A stretch of DNA of 64,000 nt from Candidatus Woesebacteria bacterium. Lineage in GTDB: Bacteria > Patescibacteriota > Microgenomatia > UBA1400 > MFAQ01. The position numbers and the translations under genes are program-made. Each line of letters starts with the position of its first letter. The first letter of the stretch is position 1. The notes beneath the pieces were generated by a model. It did no database searches. It was not told the DNA's origin and was given only the letters and a program-made list of their open reading frames with translations. Positions 46,465 to 56,239 of this stretch are shown piece by piece. The stretch spans positions 510,218-574,217 of the forward strand of contig DAOORK010000001.1 of assembly GCA_035389185.1 (NCBI GenBank). The letters run 5' to 3'.

Positions 46465-47499
46465 TTAGAGAGCAGCTCCTTGGAAATTAGGACAGTTGGT
46501 TTTATACCAAGCCATGGCTTCGGTTGAACAAGCAATGGTTTTGGCGGCATCGAGAACGGGCATACAATCAACCCAACCGTTTGTAGGACAGGTGTATTTG
46601 GCATTGTTTGTTCCTGTAAATTTGAATGTGGAGAGAATTTTGACAGTTTGATCTTGATAGTTTTTTTGTTGATCTGGATTAGAAGCAGGATACATGGAAG
46701 TGATTTCATACAGCTTGTCTCCTTTGATGACCATAACAGTTGTCGAGTCGGTAAAACAGTTTTTTGTGGAAAATTGCATTGCCGGTTCATCTGAAATTGT
46801 GGTCTGAATGAGTGGGGAAATAACGGCTTTCCCCGGTTCGGGGCAATTATCGGCATTGTGTTGATGAACATAGTTAGCGGCAGAGGCAAGTGTTTGAGTG
46901 GGCGCTGTATATTCAAAGTTGATGGATATTTTGTAGCCATCCGAAAGTTCTGATTGGGTTCGTCCGGAATCAATTTGGGCCTGACCAATGTAGACAATAT
47001 CGACAATCGGTTTAGAGTTGGTAGACAAGGTTGCATTCGTGGGGTATTTGATCTCGTACTTTCCTACAGAATCGACGTAAGTTTGCCAGTTGGCTGTTGG
47101 GTCAATTGTGGGTGTGGGTGTTTCCGATGGGACAACAATAGTTGGAGTAGGTGTTGGGGTTGGAATAACCGAGGTCCCAGACATCGGAAGGTAGCGGGCG
47201 GCGAGGACACCAATAAGAACTCCAAAAAGAATAAGAGCAATGACAATAAAGAACGTTTTTAGAAAACCGGATTTCTTAGGTGGTTGGGCTGAGAAGGTCG
47301 GTTCCTGGCTCAGAGACTGTGGCTGGGAGATTGTCTCCGATGACGAGGGGTTGGGAGTTGGGGTGCTCTGCCAATTTTGGGGCGGGTTGAATGTTGGGGT
47401 GATTGGCTGGTTCGACTGCTCTGGGTTTGGGAGTTGGTCTTGGAGGTCGGATGACGGGACCGGATTCTGATCGGGGGTGGTGTTGGGGTCTGGATTCAT
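46465..47499 (-). CDS. Pro/Gln-rich N-terminal, single-TM, Cys-containing extracellular-domain protein (hypothetical)
   Basis: 344 aa; cytoplasmic P/Q/T-rich region, TM (FFIVIALILFGVLIGVLAA), PTPTPT linker, globular domain with 8 Cys; first 224 bp overlap upstream gene in another frame. Confidence 0.4.
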   Translation of the reverse strand: MNPDPNTTPDQNPVPSSDLQDQLPNPEQSNQPITPTFNPPQNWQSTPTPNPSSSETISQPQSLSQEPTFSAQPPKKSGFLKTFFIVIALILFGVLIGVLAARYLPMSGTSVIPTPTPTPTIVVPSETPTPTIDPTANWQTYVDSVGKYEIKYPTNATLSTNSKPIVDIVYIGQAQIDSGRTQSELSDGYKISINFEYTAPTQTLASAANYVHQHNADNCPEPGKAVISPLIQTTISDEPAMQFSTKNCFTDSTTVMVIKGDKLYEITSMYPASNPDQQKNYQDQTVKILSTFKFTGTNNAKYTCPTNGWVDCMPVLDAAKTIACSTEAMAWYKTNCPNFQGAAL

Positions 47500-50449
47500 G
47501 GGCTTTTTCTTTTTGATTGTTAATAGATGGTTCAGACGAAAGGAACCCTTTGGTTTTTAGGACTTCGAGAACTGAAGTGGTTATTCTTAGTTTACCGCCT
47601 TGGGCAGAAGTTTTGGCTAGTTCGATGGCTTCTGGAAAATTAAGCCAGCGAAAATCAGAGTACTCTTCATCCGAAGGGAACTTAAGACTAGAGGAGGCGG
47701 ATGTAGCATAGAGAAAGTAGTATTTTTTGCCCTTCATAGTGACCGACTCACCGGAGTCGAGATTAAGTTCACGCAACCCTTGTTTGTCCGGAGGAAATTC
47801 GATTTTATCGACTGCTACCAGTGTGGGTTTGAAGCTTGTTTGCTTAACGAAGTCCTCGCCAAGTTCTTCGGTCATTTCACGTTTGAAGGCTTTGACAAGA
47901 TCCTCACCATTGTCTACTCCTCCTTGGGGCAGTTGCCAAAGTTGGTGGACTTTTTGAAAGGTAAAAAGGATCTTACCGGAGTTGATGAAACATCCAACAA
48001 CACTGGGACGGAGCCCTTCGGCTCTGTCCTTGTCGAGATCTTCGAGACTTGGTTCTATTGAACTATTTGTCTGGGGTCGCTTCGTCATTTCATTCCTCGC
48101 AACAACAGGAGAGGGTGAAGAGAAAGGTTTGGGAGACTGCTGTTGGGGACGATATGGAGTTGACTGGGAGTATGAGCGATCCTCTCCACGAGGCCCTGAC
48201 TGATTTGGGTAAGCAGGTCGGTACTCTCTTTTGGGAGCTGGAGCACTGGGAGTGTATATAGTTGCTTGAGACATGTCTAAGGCTTCGGTTTTGCGATAGA
48301 ACTGTTCTTCGCTCATCTCGATAATTCTTTGACGATTATTATCTTTGGTTTCCGGTAACGGCAAGGTAGTTGCGGAAAAGGGGTTGGAGATAGAAGCGTT
48401 AACAGAAATCTTGACGATGATTTGGTAACGAGCCAGACCGACAAGATCGTCCTGAGTATAAAAGTTTCCGAGCTCGTTCATGAGTCGATTGGCATCGGCG
48501 GCACCAACAACGAAACTGATGAGTGTACCGGCGTTGCCAAAAATGGCGTCTTGAATTTCGATTGGAAGCTGGGCCGTGTACTGATTGGCCAGAATAAGAT
48601 TGAGGCGGTATTTCCGAGCCTCAGAGAGAATTTTAATGAAGGAAGTCGTGGCAAAGTTTTGAAACTCATCGACATAGAGGAAAAAGTCTTTACGTTCTTT
48701 TTCGGCCATGTTGGCACGGTTCATAGCCGCGATTTGAATTTGAGAGATAAACATGGCACCTAAGAGGGCTGCATTATCTTCACCGATCTTACCTTGAGGA
48801 AGATTTAAGATAATAATCTTGCCGTTGTTCATCAGGTCTTCAAAATCAACCGTGGAGTCTGGATGACTAATAATGTCTCTAATTGTGGGTGAAGTAATGA
48901 ATTGTCCGACTTTATTGAGAATTGGAGAGATGGCTTCTGATTGGAATTTTTCGGAGTATTTATCGTACTCATCGTGCCAAAAATTGTGCAGAACCGGATC
49001 TTGGACGGCGGCCAGGTATTCTTCACGATAGACTTTGTTGGTAAGAATGCGCGGAACATCGAGAAGGGTGGCTCCGGGTTTGGCGACTAAGGTGAGAAGG
49101 GTGTTTCTTAAAATATATTCAAGACGAGGACCCCAAGAGTTGCCGTAGAGTTTACTAAAAATGGAAACAATACCAGAAGCAACTAACTCGGCGTAGGCCT
49201 GGTTTTTGACAAAAAGCGGATTAAGGTGAAATGATTTGCCAACAACCGAAGGGTCGAGATAAGCAACATCTTGGATTCTATTGCTCGGAATGTAGTCCAG
49301 CAAGTGTTCGGCGGTATCACCATGAGGATCGACAAGGGCCATGCCTTCACCATGACGAATATCATTGATGGCCATGTTGGCTAGCAGAGTTGATTTACCG
49401 GTACCGGACTTTCCCAAAACGTAAACGTGACGACGACGATCCTCACCTTTTTTCATACCAAAGGAGACTAAACGATTCTTGTATTCTGTCTTGGCGAAAA
49501 AATTAACTTCTTGTTTTTCTTCCTCGGACATGTCTTCGGAAATTGGAAGGTTAGCTGGCGGTTCTCCCCTTAGAGTCTTGCCCCAGGCAATACCTTTGAT
49601 GTTGGCAAGGCTAGCTCCAGGTAAGTGGTAGATGGCGGCAATTTCGGCGTAGTTTAAAAACTGATACTGATTTGAGTATTGGGTGGAGCGATCGATGATT
49701 ACATTCCTAAGTTTTTCGTAAGAGGCGGGTTTGATGGACTTTAATTTAAAGCTATTACCTTCTGAAAGAGAGTATGTTCCGAAGGCAGCGGCTAACTGCG
49801 AAAGAAGCTGGTTTGAGGTGGATTCATTTTGAGAAATAGCAACCAAACGAATATCACAACCATAGGCCTGATGAGCAAGTTTTTTCTCGATGAAGGTCTT
49901 GGCTGGGTTGGGAGATGCCTTACCTCCTTCAGGGACAGGTTTGGGTTCAAGAGATTTCCTGAGCGACTTTTGCCAGTTGCCGGGAGCGGCAAAAAGAGCA
50001 ATTTGAATCACAGCGGCCTGGCCTGTGGAGACGCGAGAAAGACTACCAAGAATGGCAGTCATCTGATCAACTTTTTCGTCTTCGGTAACATTTAACGGAA
50101 GCTCAGAGGGTGCGGTGAGAACAAGTTGTCCAAACTGAGGCTGGCCGTGGTTAACCCAGTCTGAGAGATAGTCCTTCATGGGGTTTATTAGAGCTGTAGG
50201 GTATTGGGCAGCAATTTGAGAGCGAACAAGGTGTTCCAGACGCTCGGGACAAGCAATAACAAAGTAGGTTGTCTGATTGAGGTTGGCTATTTCAAGAGTA
50301 ATGGTCTCAAAATTGTTGAGAAGGCGATCCATAAAACTGGATTTCAACGATGATTTTATGGAGGCTAAGAATTCGATGAATGCAGCCTGGCCAGTAAGAG
50401 AGTCTTTGGCAGGACGAATCTGCAGTACCGAATATTTGGGCAGGGCCAT
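47276..50449 (-). CDS. VirD4/TraD(T4CP)-like AAA ATPase fused to NUDIX hydrolase domain, Pro-rich C-terminal tail
   Basis: 1057 aa; Walker A VLGKSGTGKST, Walker B FLYVDEFQNF, TraD/TrwB-like region LNLILANQY...; C-terminal Nudix box GGVDNGEDLVKAFKREMTEELGE (G-x5-E-x7-REUxEExGU). Confidence 0.6.
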   Translation of the reverse strand: MALPKYSVLQIRPAKDSLTGQAAFIEFLASIKSSLKSSFMDRLLNNFETITLEIANLNQTTYFVIACPERLEHLVRSQIAAQYPTALINPMKDYLSDWVNHGQPQFGQLVLTAPSELPLNVTEDEKVDQMTAILGSLSRVSTGQAAVIQIALFAAPGNWQKSLRKSLEPKPVPEGGKASPNPAKTFIEKKLAHQAYGCDIRLVAISQNESTSNQLLSQLAAAFGTYSLSEGNSFKLKSIKPASYEKLRNVIIDRSTQYSNQYQFLNYAEIAAIYHLPGASLANIKGIAWGKTLRGEPPANLPISEDMSEEEKQEVNFFAKTEYKNRLVSFGMKKGEDRRRHVYVLGKSGTGKSTLLANMAINDIRHGEGMALVDPHGDTAEHLLDYIPSNRIQDVAYLDPSVVGKSFHLNPLFVKNQAYAELVASGIVSIFSKLYGNSWGPRLEYILRNTLLTLVAKPGATLLDVPRILTNKVYREEYLAAVQDPVLHNFWHDEYDKYSEKFQSEAISPILNKVGQFITSPTIRDIISHPDSTVDFEDLMNNGKIIILNLPQGKIGEDNAALLGAMFISQIQIAAMNRANMAEKERKDFFLYVDEFQNFATTSFIKILSEARKYRLNLILANQYTAQLPIEIQDAIFGNAGTLISFVVGAADANRLMNELGNFYTQDDLVGLARYQIIVKISVNASISNPFSATTLPLPETKDNNRQRIIEMSEEQFYRKTEALDMSQATIYTPSAPAPKREYRPAYPNQSGPRGEDRSYSQSTPYRPQQQSPKPFSSPSPVVARNEMTKRPQTNSSIEPSLEDLDKDRAEGLRPSVVGCFINSGKILFTFQKVHQLWQLPQGGVDNGEDLVKAFKREMTEELGEDFVKQTSFKPTLVAVDKIEFPPDKQGLRELNLDSGESVTMKGKKYYFLYATSASSSLKFPSDEEYSDFRWLNFPEAIELAKTSAQGGKLRITTSVLEVLKTKGFLSSEPSINNQKEKAHESRPQHHPRSESGPVIRPPRPTPKPRAVEPANHPNIQPAPKLAEHPNSQPLVIGDNLPATVSEPGTDLLSPTT

Positions 50450-50467
50450 GATATTAGTATATACAAT

Positions 50468-51079
50468 CTAGGCGTTATCGGGAGCGGAAACAAGAGTACG
50501 AACTGGATGTTTGGTACCGGAGTCGACTACTTTGATGTCGGAAAGAAGAACATTCTCGACGATAAGGCCTTTGTCTTCAAATAACTTATTGAGCTCCATC
50601 TTGAGGTCGCTTTCTATCTTGGATCTCTCATTCCCTATTTCGGAAGAGTCATACTGACTAAAGCCTGAAGAAATGCGACTTCTGGAGTATGGGCGAACAA
50701 CTTTGGAAATAAAGTTGTCTCCAATATTTTCCCAAAGCTCGGGAGCATTGGCTTTATCGATTTTGAAAAGAATCGAGCCTTCGACTGAGATAATCATACT
50801 GTCTTTAGTAGTTGCGGCAATTGGTTCGTCCCCTAGTGACTCTTTTTGAGAAATATCAAAACCGTGACGAATGGTGTACTCAAGAATCTGAGCGTTGAAT
50901 AGTTTGGCAATCTGCCAGAAAGGAAACTTGAGGTGAAGCCCTGGCCCCCAGACACGTTTGAGGACGCCTAATCCGCGATCATAGACACAGGCGACATGTC
51001 CGGGAGGAACGGAAATAAAGAATCCGCCAACAACTTCGTCAACGAGAAATGAGACTACGAGTTTATCAAAATCAGCCAT
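50468..51079 (-). CDS. SPFH/band-7 domain protein
   Basis: Start set at MADFDKL (ATG comp. 51077-51079); SPFH-like core (VVDEVVGGFFISVPPGHVACVYDRGLGVLKRVWGPGLHLKFPF...); longer track ORF to 51253 overlaps upstream gene. Confidence 0.5.
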   Translation of the reverse strand: MADFDKLVVSFLVDEVVGGFFISVPPGHVACVYDRGLGVLKRVWGPGLHLKFPFWQIAKLFNAQILEYTIRHGFDISQKESLGDEPIAATTKDSMIISVEGSILFKIDKANAPELWENIGDNFISKVVRPYSRSRISSGFSQYDSSEIGNERSKIESDLKMELNKLFEDKGLIVENVLLSDIKVVDSGTKHPVRTLVSAPDNA

Positions 51080-51089
51080 ATTTCCTATA

Positions 51090-51929
51090 TTATAACTTTT
51101 TTTGGCGAAGCGGTGTGTTTTGAATGTTTTGAAGGTGTTGTTTGAGGGAAGGATACAGGTCGTTTTTATGAAAATACGCAGAGTGAAGAGAAATGGTTTC
51201 GGATGTTTTTTTGGGAAGCATATAGAGGTATTGGAGGAAAAAGAAGATGGCATTTAGAGGCGCCAAGAAGAAGTTTCTTGAAACTAGACGGGTTGAGTGT
51301 GAGGGTGTAGTTTTGGCGTAGTAGGCATTTGCCAAGTACTTTGATGTCCAAGCGTTAGCTTTCAGATATTGTTGATATATATCTCCCCTTTCAAACACAG
51401 GCCGGGCCTGAAGTACTTCATGGGCGGTGTAAAGATTTTGTTTTTGGGGGTGAACTGTAAGACTGAGGGTATCGAGCCAGAGGTTAGGACAAAGGGAGTT
51501 AAGGCGTATGGAACGAGGGTTGTCGCCAGGATGGCGACGAGGGAAATGGAGACTGAGAATCAGGAGAAAAAGAGGGCGGATTAGCCAAAGAACGTAAGGC
51601 TTGGTAATGATTAAAAGATCGATGTCATCGCCTTTTTTGGTGTTTCCTACAGCAACCGATCCGGTGATGGCGATCATTTCGATCCCCGGAATGTGACGAG
51701 TATAAGAGATAAGTGACTGAAGATACTTTTCTTTAGCTTGAGTGTTTTTTAGTAGTAAGAGACGCTTTTCTGTATCCTTTTTTGAGAGAGGTGGAGAATA
51801 CCGTTGAACTGTTGGGTATGAGACACGCTTGTCTCCAATGAGCCAAAGGTGGATTTCTTTTGAAGATAGGGGGAACGAAAAGTACTCAGAGTAGGCAATG
51901 GTTTGGATGACCGCGGAACGATGGACCAT
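51090..51929 (-). CDS. nucleotidyltransferase (pol-beta superfamily) domain protein
   Basis: 279 aa; GSVAVGNTKKGDDIDLLII (GS-x9-13-DxD) minimal NTase motif. Confidence 0.5.
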   Translation of the reverse strand: MVHRSAVIQTIAYSEYFSFPLSSKEIHLWLIGDKRVSYPTVQRYSPPLSKKDTEKRLLLLKNTQAKEKYLQSLISYTRHIPGIEMIAITGSVAVGNTKKGDDIDLLIITKPYVLWLIRPLFLLILSLHFPRRHPGDNPRSIRLNSLCPNLWLDTLSLTVHPQKQNLYTAHEVLQARPVFERGDIYQQYLKANAWTSKYLANAYYAKTTPSHSTRLVSRNFFLAPLNAIFFFLQYLYMLPKKTSETISLHSAYFHKNDLYPSLKQHLQNIQNTPLRQKKL

Positions 51930-51930
51930 T

Positions 51931-53421
51931 TTAAGGTGTTGGAGTGGCCACAGCAGTCACAAGTCCATAACTTGAAAGGACCTGATTGAACCCGTTGCTC
52001 AGGGTTTCTGTCGATTGGGTTGTGTTCTGATTTTGGACAAAAGCATTTACAGCATCTTCGAGATACTTGATTAGTCTGGAGTTGAGGGCGGTTTTGGAGT
52101 CGTGAGTGGATCCGGCGGTATAAAAAGTACGGGCTGTATCCATGCTAAGAATGTAGGGGGCAACAATAGAGTTTTTTTGGGCAATAGAGGCTACGGCTTT
52201 GTTGGCTGGCGGTTGAGGAAATTCCCTGTCTGTAGTAGCTGAGTCAAACAAAAGCTGTTGAGCTTTAGCTGAGGCTAAGAAACTTAAGAATTTCCAGGCT
52301 TCTTGTGGATGTTTGCTGTTTTTACTAACACCTTCGAACCAGTATGTAGCCCAGTTGACGGTATCGGAGTCGGGAAGCTGGGGCACGGACACGGTTTGCC
52401 ACGAAAGTGAAGGATTGATAGTTTTGATATCAATCGCGCGATATGAGGGGGCAATAACCATGGCCACTTTTTCGTTGGCAAAGGCTGTAACTGAAGGAGG
52501 AAGGGTGTCGTCCCAGACATGATTTTTGTTAACAAAATCTACATAGTATTGAAGGGTGGAAGTAACTTCTGGCCCTTTGGGGTCTGTTAGCTTGACACCG
52601 GCCTGAAGAAGCATGAGACTGACAATATCGGACCAGTGCTCAACGTTGGCTGTATTACCGAGGGCGATACCTGCGCGAGTAATTTTGCCGGTTTGAGGAT
52701 CAACTTCTTTGAGCATTCTGGCGGCGTTAAGAACATCTGGCCAGGTTTTGGGGAAATCGAGCGACTTTTGCTGAAACATGGAGGTGTTGATGTAAAGAGC
52801 CAAGCCTTCCATGGTCATGGGTACTCCGTAAACTGAGGTGCCGGAAACGAGAGTTTTGGCGACGACGGGATAAAAGTTGGTAGAGATCTCGGTGGCTGAA
52901 ACGGAGTTGGTCGGAGCAGGAAATAAATCTTTGGCTAGTAAGGGAAGCCAGGTAGAGTGCAGACGCACGATATCAGGAGAGTTTTGACTTTCAAGTGCAG
53001 TTTTGACACGATCTTGATAGTCTTGTGAAGATTGGAGTTGGTAGCTAATTTTTATGGTTGGGTTTTCCTTTTCAAATTCGTCAATGACGGGTTTCATAAC
53101 GGCCGACGATTCCCACAGTCCGTAGTATGTAAGAGTCACAGTCTGGGTTGTAGAGGCAGATTTTGTACTCGATTGGCCGCTAAAAATCTTGGAGAGACCA
53201 AAAACAATACCTGCAATAACTAGAGCGCCAATTAAAACCGGAATAATAATCTTAGGAAAAGATGATTTTGTCTTTGGAGCTTTGACGGAAGCCGGAGCTT
53301 GGTAACTGGGAGGGGGCGGGGCGGCTTCTTCCGGAGCAGGAAGTGGAGTATTCCCAGAAGGAATTTCTGTGGTAGAAACTGGTCCGGGTAAGGGAAATAA
53401 ATTATCCATGTATAAATTCAA
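51931..53421 (-). CDS. extracellular solute-binding protein family 1 (ABC-type sugar-binding), TM-anchored
   Basis: 496 aa; cytoplasmic Pro-rich N-term, TM anchor, SBP_bac_1-like body (TLTYYGLWESS...PDIVRLHSTWLP...). Confidence 0.6.
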   Translation of the reverse strand: MNLYMDNLFPLPGPVSTTEIPSGNTPLPAPEEAAPPPPSYQAPASVKAPKTKSSFPKIIIPVLIGALVIAGIVFGLSKIFSGQSSTKSASTTQTVTLTYYGLWESSAVMKPVIDEFEKENPTIKISYQLQSSQDYQDRVKTALESQNSPDIVRLHSTWLPLLAKDLFPAPTNSVSATEISTNFYPVVAKTLVSGTSVYGVPMTMEGLALYINTSMFQQKSLDFPKTWPDVLNAARMLKEVDPQTGKITRAGIALGNTANVEHWSDIVSLMLLQAGVKLTDPKGPEVTSTLQYYVDFVNKNHVWDDTLPPSVTAFANEKVAMVIAPSYRAIDIKTINPSLSWQTVSVPQLPDSDTVNWATYWFEGVSKNSKHPQEAWKFLSFLASAKAQQLLFDSATTDREFPQPPANKAVASIAQKNSIVAPYILSMDTARTFYTAGSTHDSKTALNSRLIKYLEDAVNAFVQNQNTTQSTETLSNGFNQVLSSYGLVTAVATPTP

Positions 53422-53472
53422 CTAAAATAGTCGTGTCATTGGTACAATGACACTAGTTAAAGTATATCAAGA

Positions 53473-55188
53473 ATGAATAGAATAAAAAACCTTGTCTGGA
53501 TCGTTGTGGTGATATTTTTTATCCTGATAGCAGTGTACTCTGGCTATCAACTAGCCTTTAGAGGATTAATTTTTCCGAAGGTGACTATTGCCGGAATAAA
53601 TGTTGGCGGTATGGATAGGATCACAGCGTTAAAACTGGTGGAAAATTCATTTTCTTTGAATCCAACGAAGATAATTCTTAGGGTAGGAGAGAAAGAGGTT
53701 GAAGATATTAACAAGATTAAAGTGGAGAAAGATTTAAATTGGGCAGTAGAACAAACTTTTTTGGTGGGAAGGAACGGAAATATACTGACACAAATTACCG
53801 AGCAAATAAAAACAGTCTTTTTATCTCGAGATATTGCAGTGCCAATTAGCTACAACCAAGATGATTTGCAAGGATACATTGATCAACTGGCATTGGAGAT
53901 TAATCAAGAACCTGTTTGGCCGAAACTGATGCTTATAAACGGAACTTATGGTATTGAGCCTGGAAAAGACGGTTTGGAAATTAAAAAAGAACAGCTTATT
54001 GGTGAGATTGTAAAAAGATGGGGATTTTCTGACAAACAACTGATTGATATTCCCCTGGAAAGAGTAAGCACTGAACAAAATGAGGAGATGGCGAACAGGG
54101 CAGTGGCTGCTTTAAATAAGTGGGGAGAGAAGAATCTAACACTGACTTACCATAATTTTGAGGACAGTTTAGAGAAAAAAGAAATGGCAGATCTGCTCGG
54201 ATTGATGAATGACATTATTGATGAAAATAAATTTGAAACTTTGCTGGTACGAATACAGCAAGAGATTGAGACTGAACCCAAAAATGCCATATTCCAATTT
54301 GAAGATAACGTTGTCAAAGAGTTTCAGCCTGAGGTCATGGGGGTTGAAATTGATATTCCAAGTTTTAAAACAAAGTTAGGTGAGGTATTGTTGACAGCAG
54401 AAACTGAGACCTTGGAAATCCCGGTGATACTGACAAGCCCCAAGATAAAAACAGGCGACATAAATAATTTGGGCATAAAAGAGTTAATAGGAGAAGGAAC
54501 TTCGAAGTTTGCTCATTCAATAGCCGGTAGAGTGTTTAATATCAACCTGGCATCGTCGCGTGTAAACGGAACACTGGTCGCCCCAGGAGAGGAATTTTCT
54601 TTTAATAAGGCTGTTGGTGACATATCGAGAGCAACTGGTTACCAGCCAGCATACGTAATTAGCGGAGGAAAAACGGTATTGGGTGACGGGGGCGGTGTGT
54701 GTCAGGTGTCGACAACAGTTTTTAGAGCGGCATTAAAAGCGGGACTGCCAATAACCGAAAGAAAAGCTCATGCATATAGAGTTGGTTACTACGAACAGGA
54801 TAGCAACCCCGGAATTGATGCCACTGTTTACAACCCAACTGCAGATTTGAAGTTTATAAACAATACTGAGCACCATATTTTGATTCAGATAGAAGTTGAT
54901 ACACCGAATATGGCAATGAGGGTTGGGATATATGGAGCAAATGATGGACGAAAGATAACCATGACTGAACCGAAGATATCAAGACAGGTTGCACCGCCTG
55001 CGACTTTGTATGTTGACGATCCAACTTTGGCAGTAGGTCAAACAAGGCAGATTGATTGGTCTGCTTGGGGGGCAAATGTGTCTTTCGACTACAAGGTAGT
55101 AAAGGGGGAACAAACAATTTTTGAAAAGACTTTTTATAGCAATTATCAGCCTTGGCGAGCAATTTACTTGAGAGGTACAAAGATTTAG
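53473..55188 (+). CDS. VanW-family (YoaR-like) protein with N-terminal TM
   Basis: 571 aa; C-terminal VanW core (GTSKFAHSIAGRVFNINLASSRVNGTLVAPGEEFSFNK...GGGVCQVSTTVFRAALKAGLPITERKAHAYRV). Confidence 0.75.
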   Translation: MNRIKNLVWIVVVIFFILIAVYSGYQLAFRGLIFPKVTIAGINVGGMDRITALKLVENSFSLNPTKIILRVGEKEVEDINKIKVEKDLNWAVEQTFLVGRNGNILTQITEQIKTVFLSRDIAVPISYNQDDLQGYIDQLALEINQEPVWPKLMLINGTYGIEPGKDGLEIKKEQLIGEIVKRWGFSDKQLIDIPLERVSTEQNEEMANRAVAALNKWGEKNLTLTYHNFEDSLEKKEMADLLGLMNDIIDENKFETLLVRIQQEIETEPKNAIFQFEDNVVKEFQPEVMGVEIDIPSFKTKLGEVLLTAETETLEIPVILTSPKIKTGDINNLGIKELIGEGTSKFAHSIAGRVFNINLASSRVNGTLVAPGEEFSFNKAVGDISRATGYQPAYVISGGKTVLGDGGGVCQVSTTVFRAALKAGLPITERKAHAYRVGYYEQDSNPGIDATVYNPTADLKFINNTEHHILIQIEVDTPNMAMRVGIYGANDGRKITMTEPKISRQVAPPATLYVDDPTLAVGQTRQIDWSAWGANVSFDYKVVKGEQTIFEKTFYSNYQPWRAIYLRGTKI

Positions 55189-55197
55189 ACTAAGAAA

Positions 55198-56229
55198 ATG
55201 AAAATATTGGCTATTGAAAGTACTTGTGATGAGACGGCGGCAGCCGTGGTAGAAAATTGTGGGGCTGGAGTAAAAATATTAACCAATATAGTTGCAAGTT
55301 CGGCCGAAATTCACCAAAAGTATGGTGGGATTGTACCTGAAGTTGCCGCACGCGAACAGATTAAAAGTGTTGTTCCGGTGATAAGAGAGGCTATAAACGG
55401 TGACAAGGAGAGTATTAAAGCTGTAGCAGTGAGTTATGGACCAGGTTTGATGGGAAGCCTTTTGATAGGAGTAGAGTCGGCAAAAGCCTTAGCTTGGGCT
55501 TGGCAAAAACCATTACTGCCAGTGAATCATATGGCGGCGCATATTTTTGCGAACTGGATTGTGGAGAATAACGAACAAGAGGTACCGCAGATGCCAGCGA
55601 TTGGCTTGGTGGTAAGCGGCGGTCATACTGATTTGATACTTATGAGAAGCTTAAAGGATTGGCAGTGGATTGGCGGAACGAGAGACGATGCTGTGGGTGA
55701 AGCCTTCGATAAAACTGCTCGTCTTTTGGGGTTTCCCTACCCTGGAGGACCTGAGATACAAAAAGCAACAGAGAGAGTAACTGAAGATATGAAGGAAAAA
55801 TATGGAAAAATTGTTAGGCTACCAAGGCCGATGATCAATGAAGATAATCTGGAGATGAGTTTCTCAGGATTGAAAGCAGCTGTGGCCAAAAAAGTGGAAG
55901 AGATAAAAAATATGGGTGACGAGATAAAAGATGTATTGGCCTGGGAGTTCTCTCAAGCGATAGTAGAAATACTGATTAAAAAGACAATGAAAGCGGTTGA
56001 TAAATATCAACCTAAATGCGTGTTGATGGCTGGCGGCGTGGCGGCCAATAAGCAGTTGCGTGAAGGTTTGAGAGAGACAGTCCAAAACATGGTTGGGGTA
56101 AAGTTTTTTTGTCCTGAGCTTCGATATTGTAGTGATAATGCGGCCATGGTGGGAGCGGCGGCGATACTGGCTCCAGAAGAAGCTAAAATTGAGTCGATAA
56201 AACCAGATCCTAGTTTGGCAACAGTGTAG
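55198..56229 (+). CDS. tsaD: tRNA N6-adenosine threonylcarbamoyltransferase TsaD (Kae1/YgjD)
   Basis: 343 aa; MKILAIESTCDETAAAVV, metal-binding H..H (VNHMAAH), SGGVAAN. Confidence 0.9.
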   Translation: MKILAIESTCDETAAAVVENCGAGVKILTNIVASSAEIHQKYGGIVPEVAAREQIKSVVPVIREAINGDKESIKAVAVSYGPGLMGSLLIGVESAKALAWAWQKPLLPVNHMAAHIFANWIVENNEQEVPQMPAIGLVVSGGHTDLILMRSLKDWQWIGGTRDDAVGEAFDKTARLLGFPYPGGPEIQKATERVTEDMKEKYGKIVRLPRPMINEDNLEMSFSGLKAAVAKKVEEIKNMGDEIKDVLAWEFSQAIVEILIKKTMKAVDKYQPKCVLMAGGVAANKQLREGLRETVQNMVGVKFFCPELRYCSDNAAMVGAAAILAPEEAKIESIKPDPSLATV

Positions 56230-56239
56230 TGATAAAATA

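Noticed and set aside
46404-47036. Minus-strand 210-aa ORF overlapping 46465..47499 in another frame
   Set aside because: Entirely nested within the longer same-strand ORF that has coherent signal/TM/domain organisation; composition typical of an off-frame artefact.
51079-51253. 58-codon N-terminal extension of the SPFH ORF
   Set aside because: Overlaps the 3' end of the upstream nucleotidyltransferase gene in another frame; SPFH homology begins at MADFDKL (ATG 51079).
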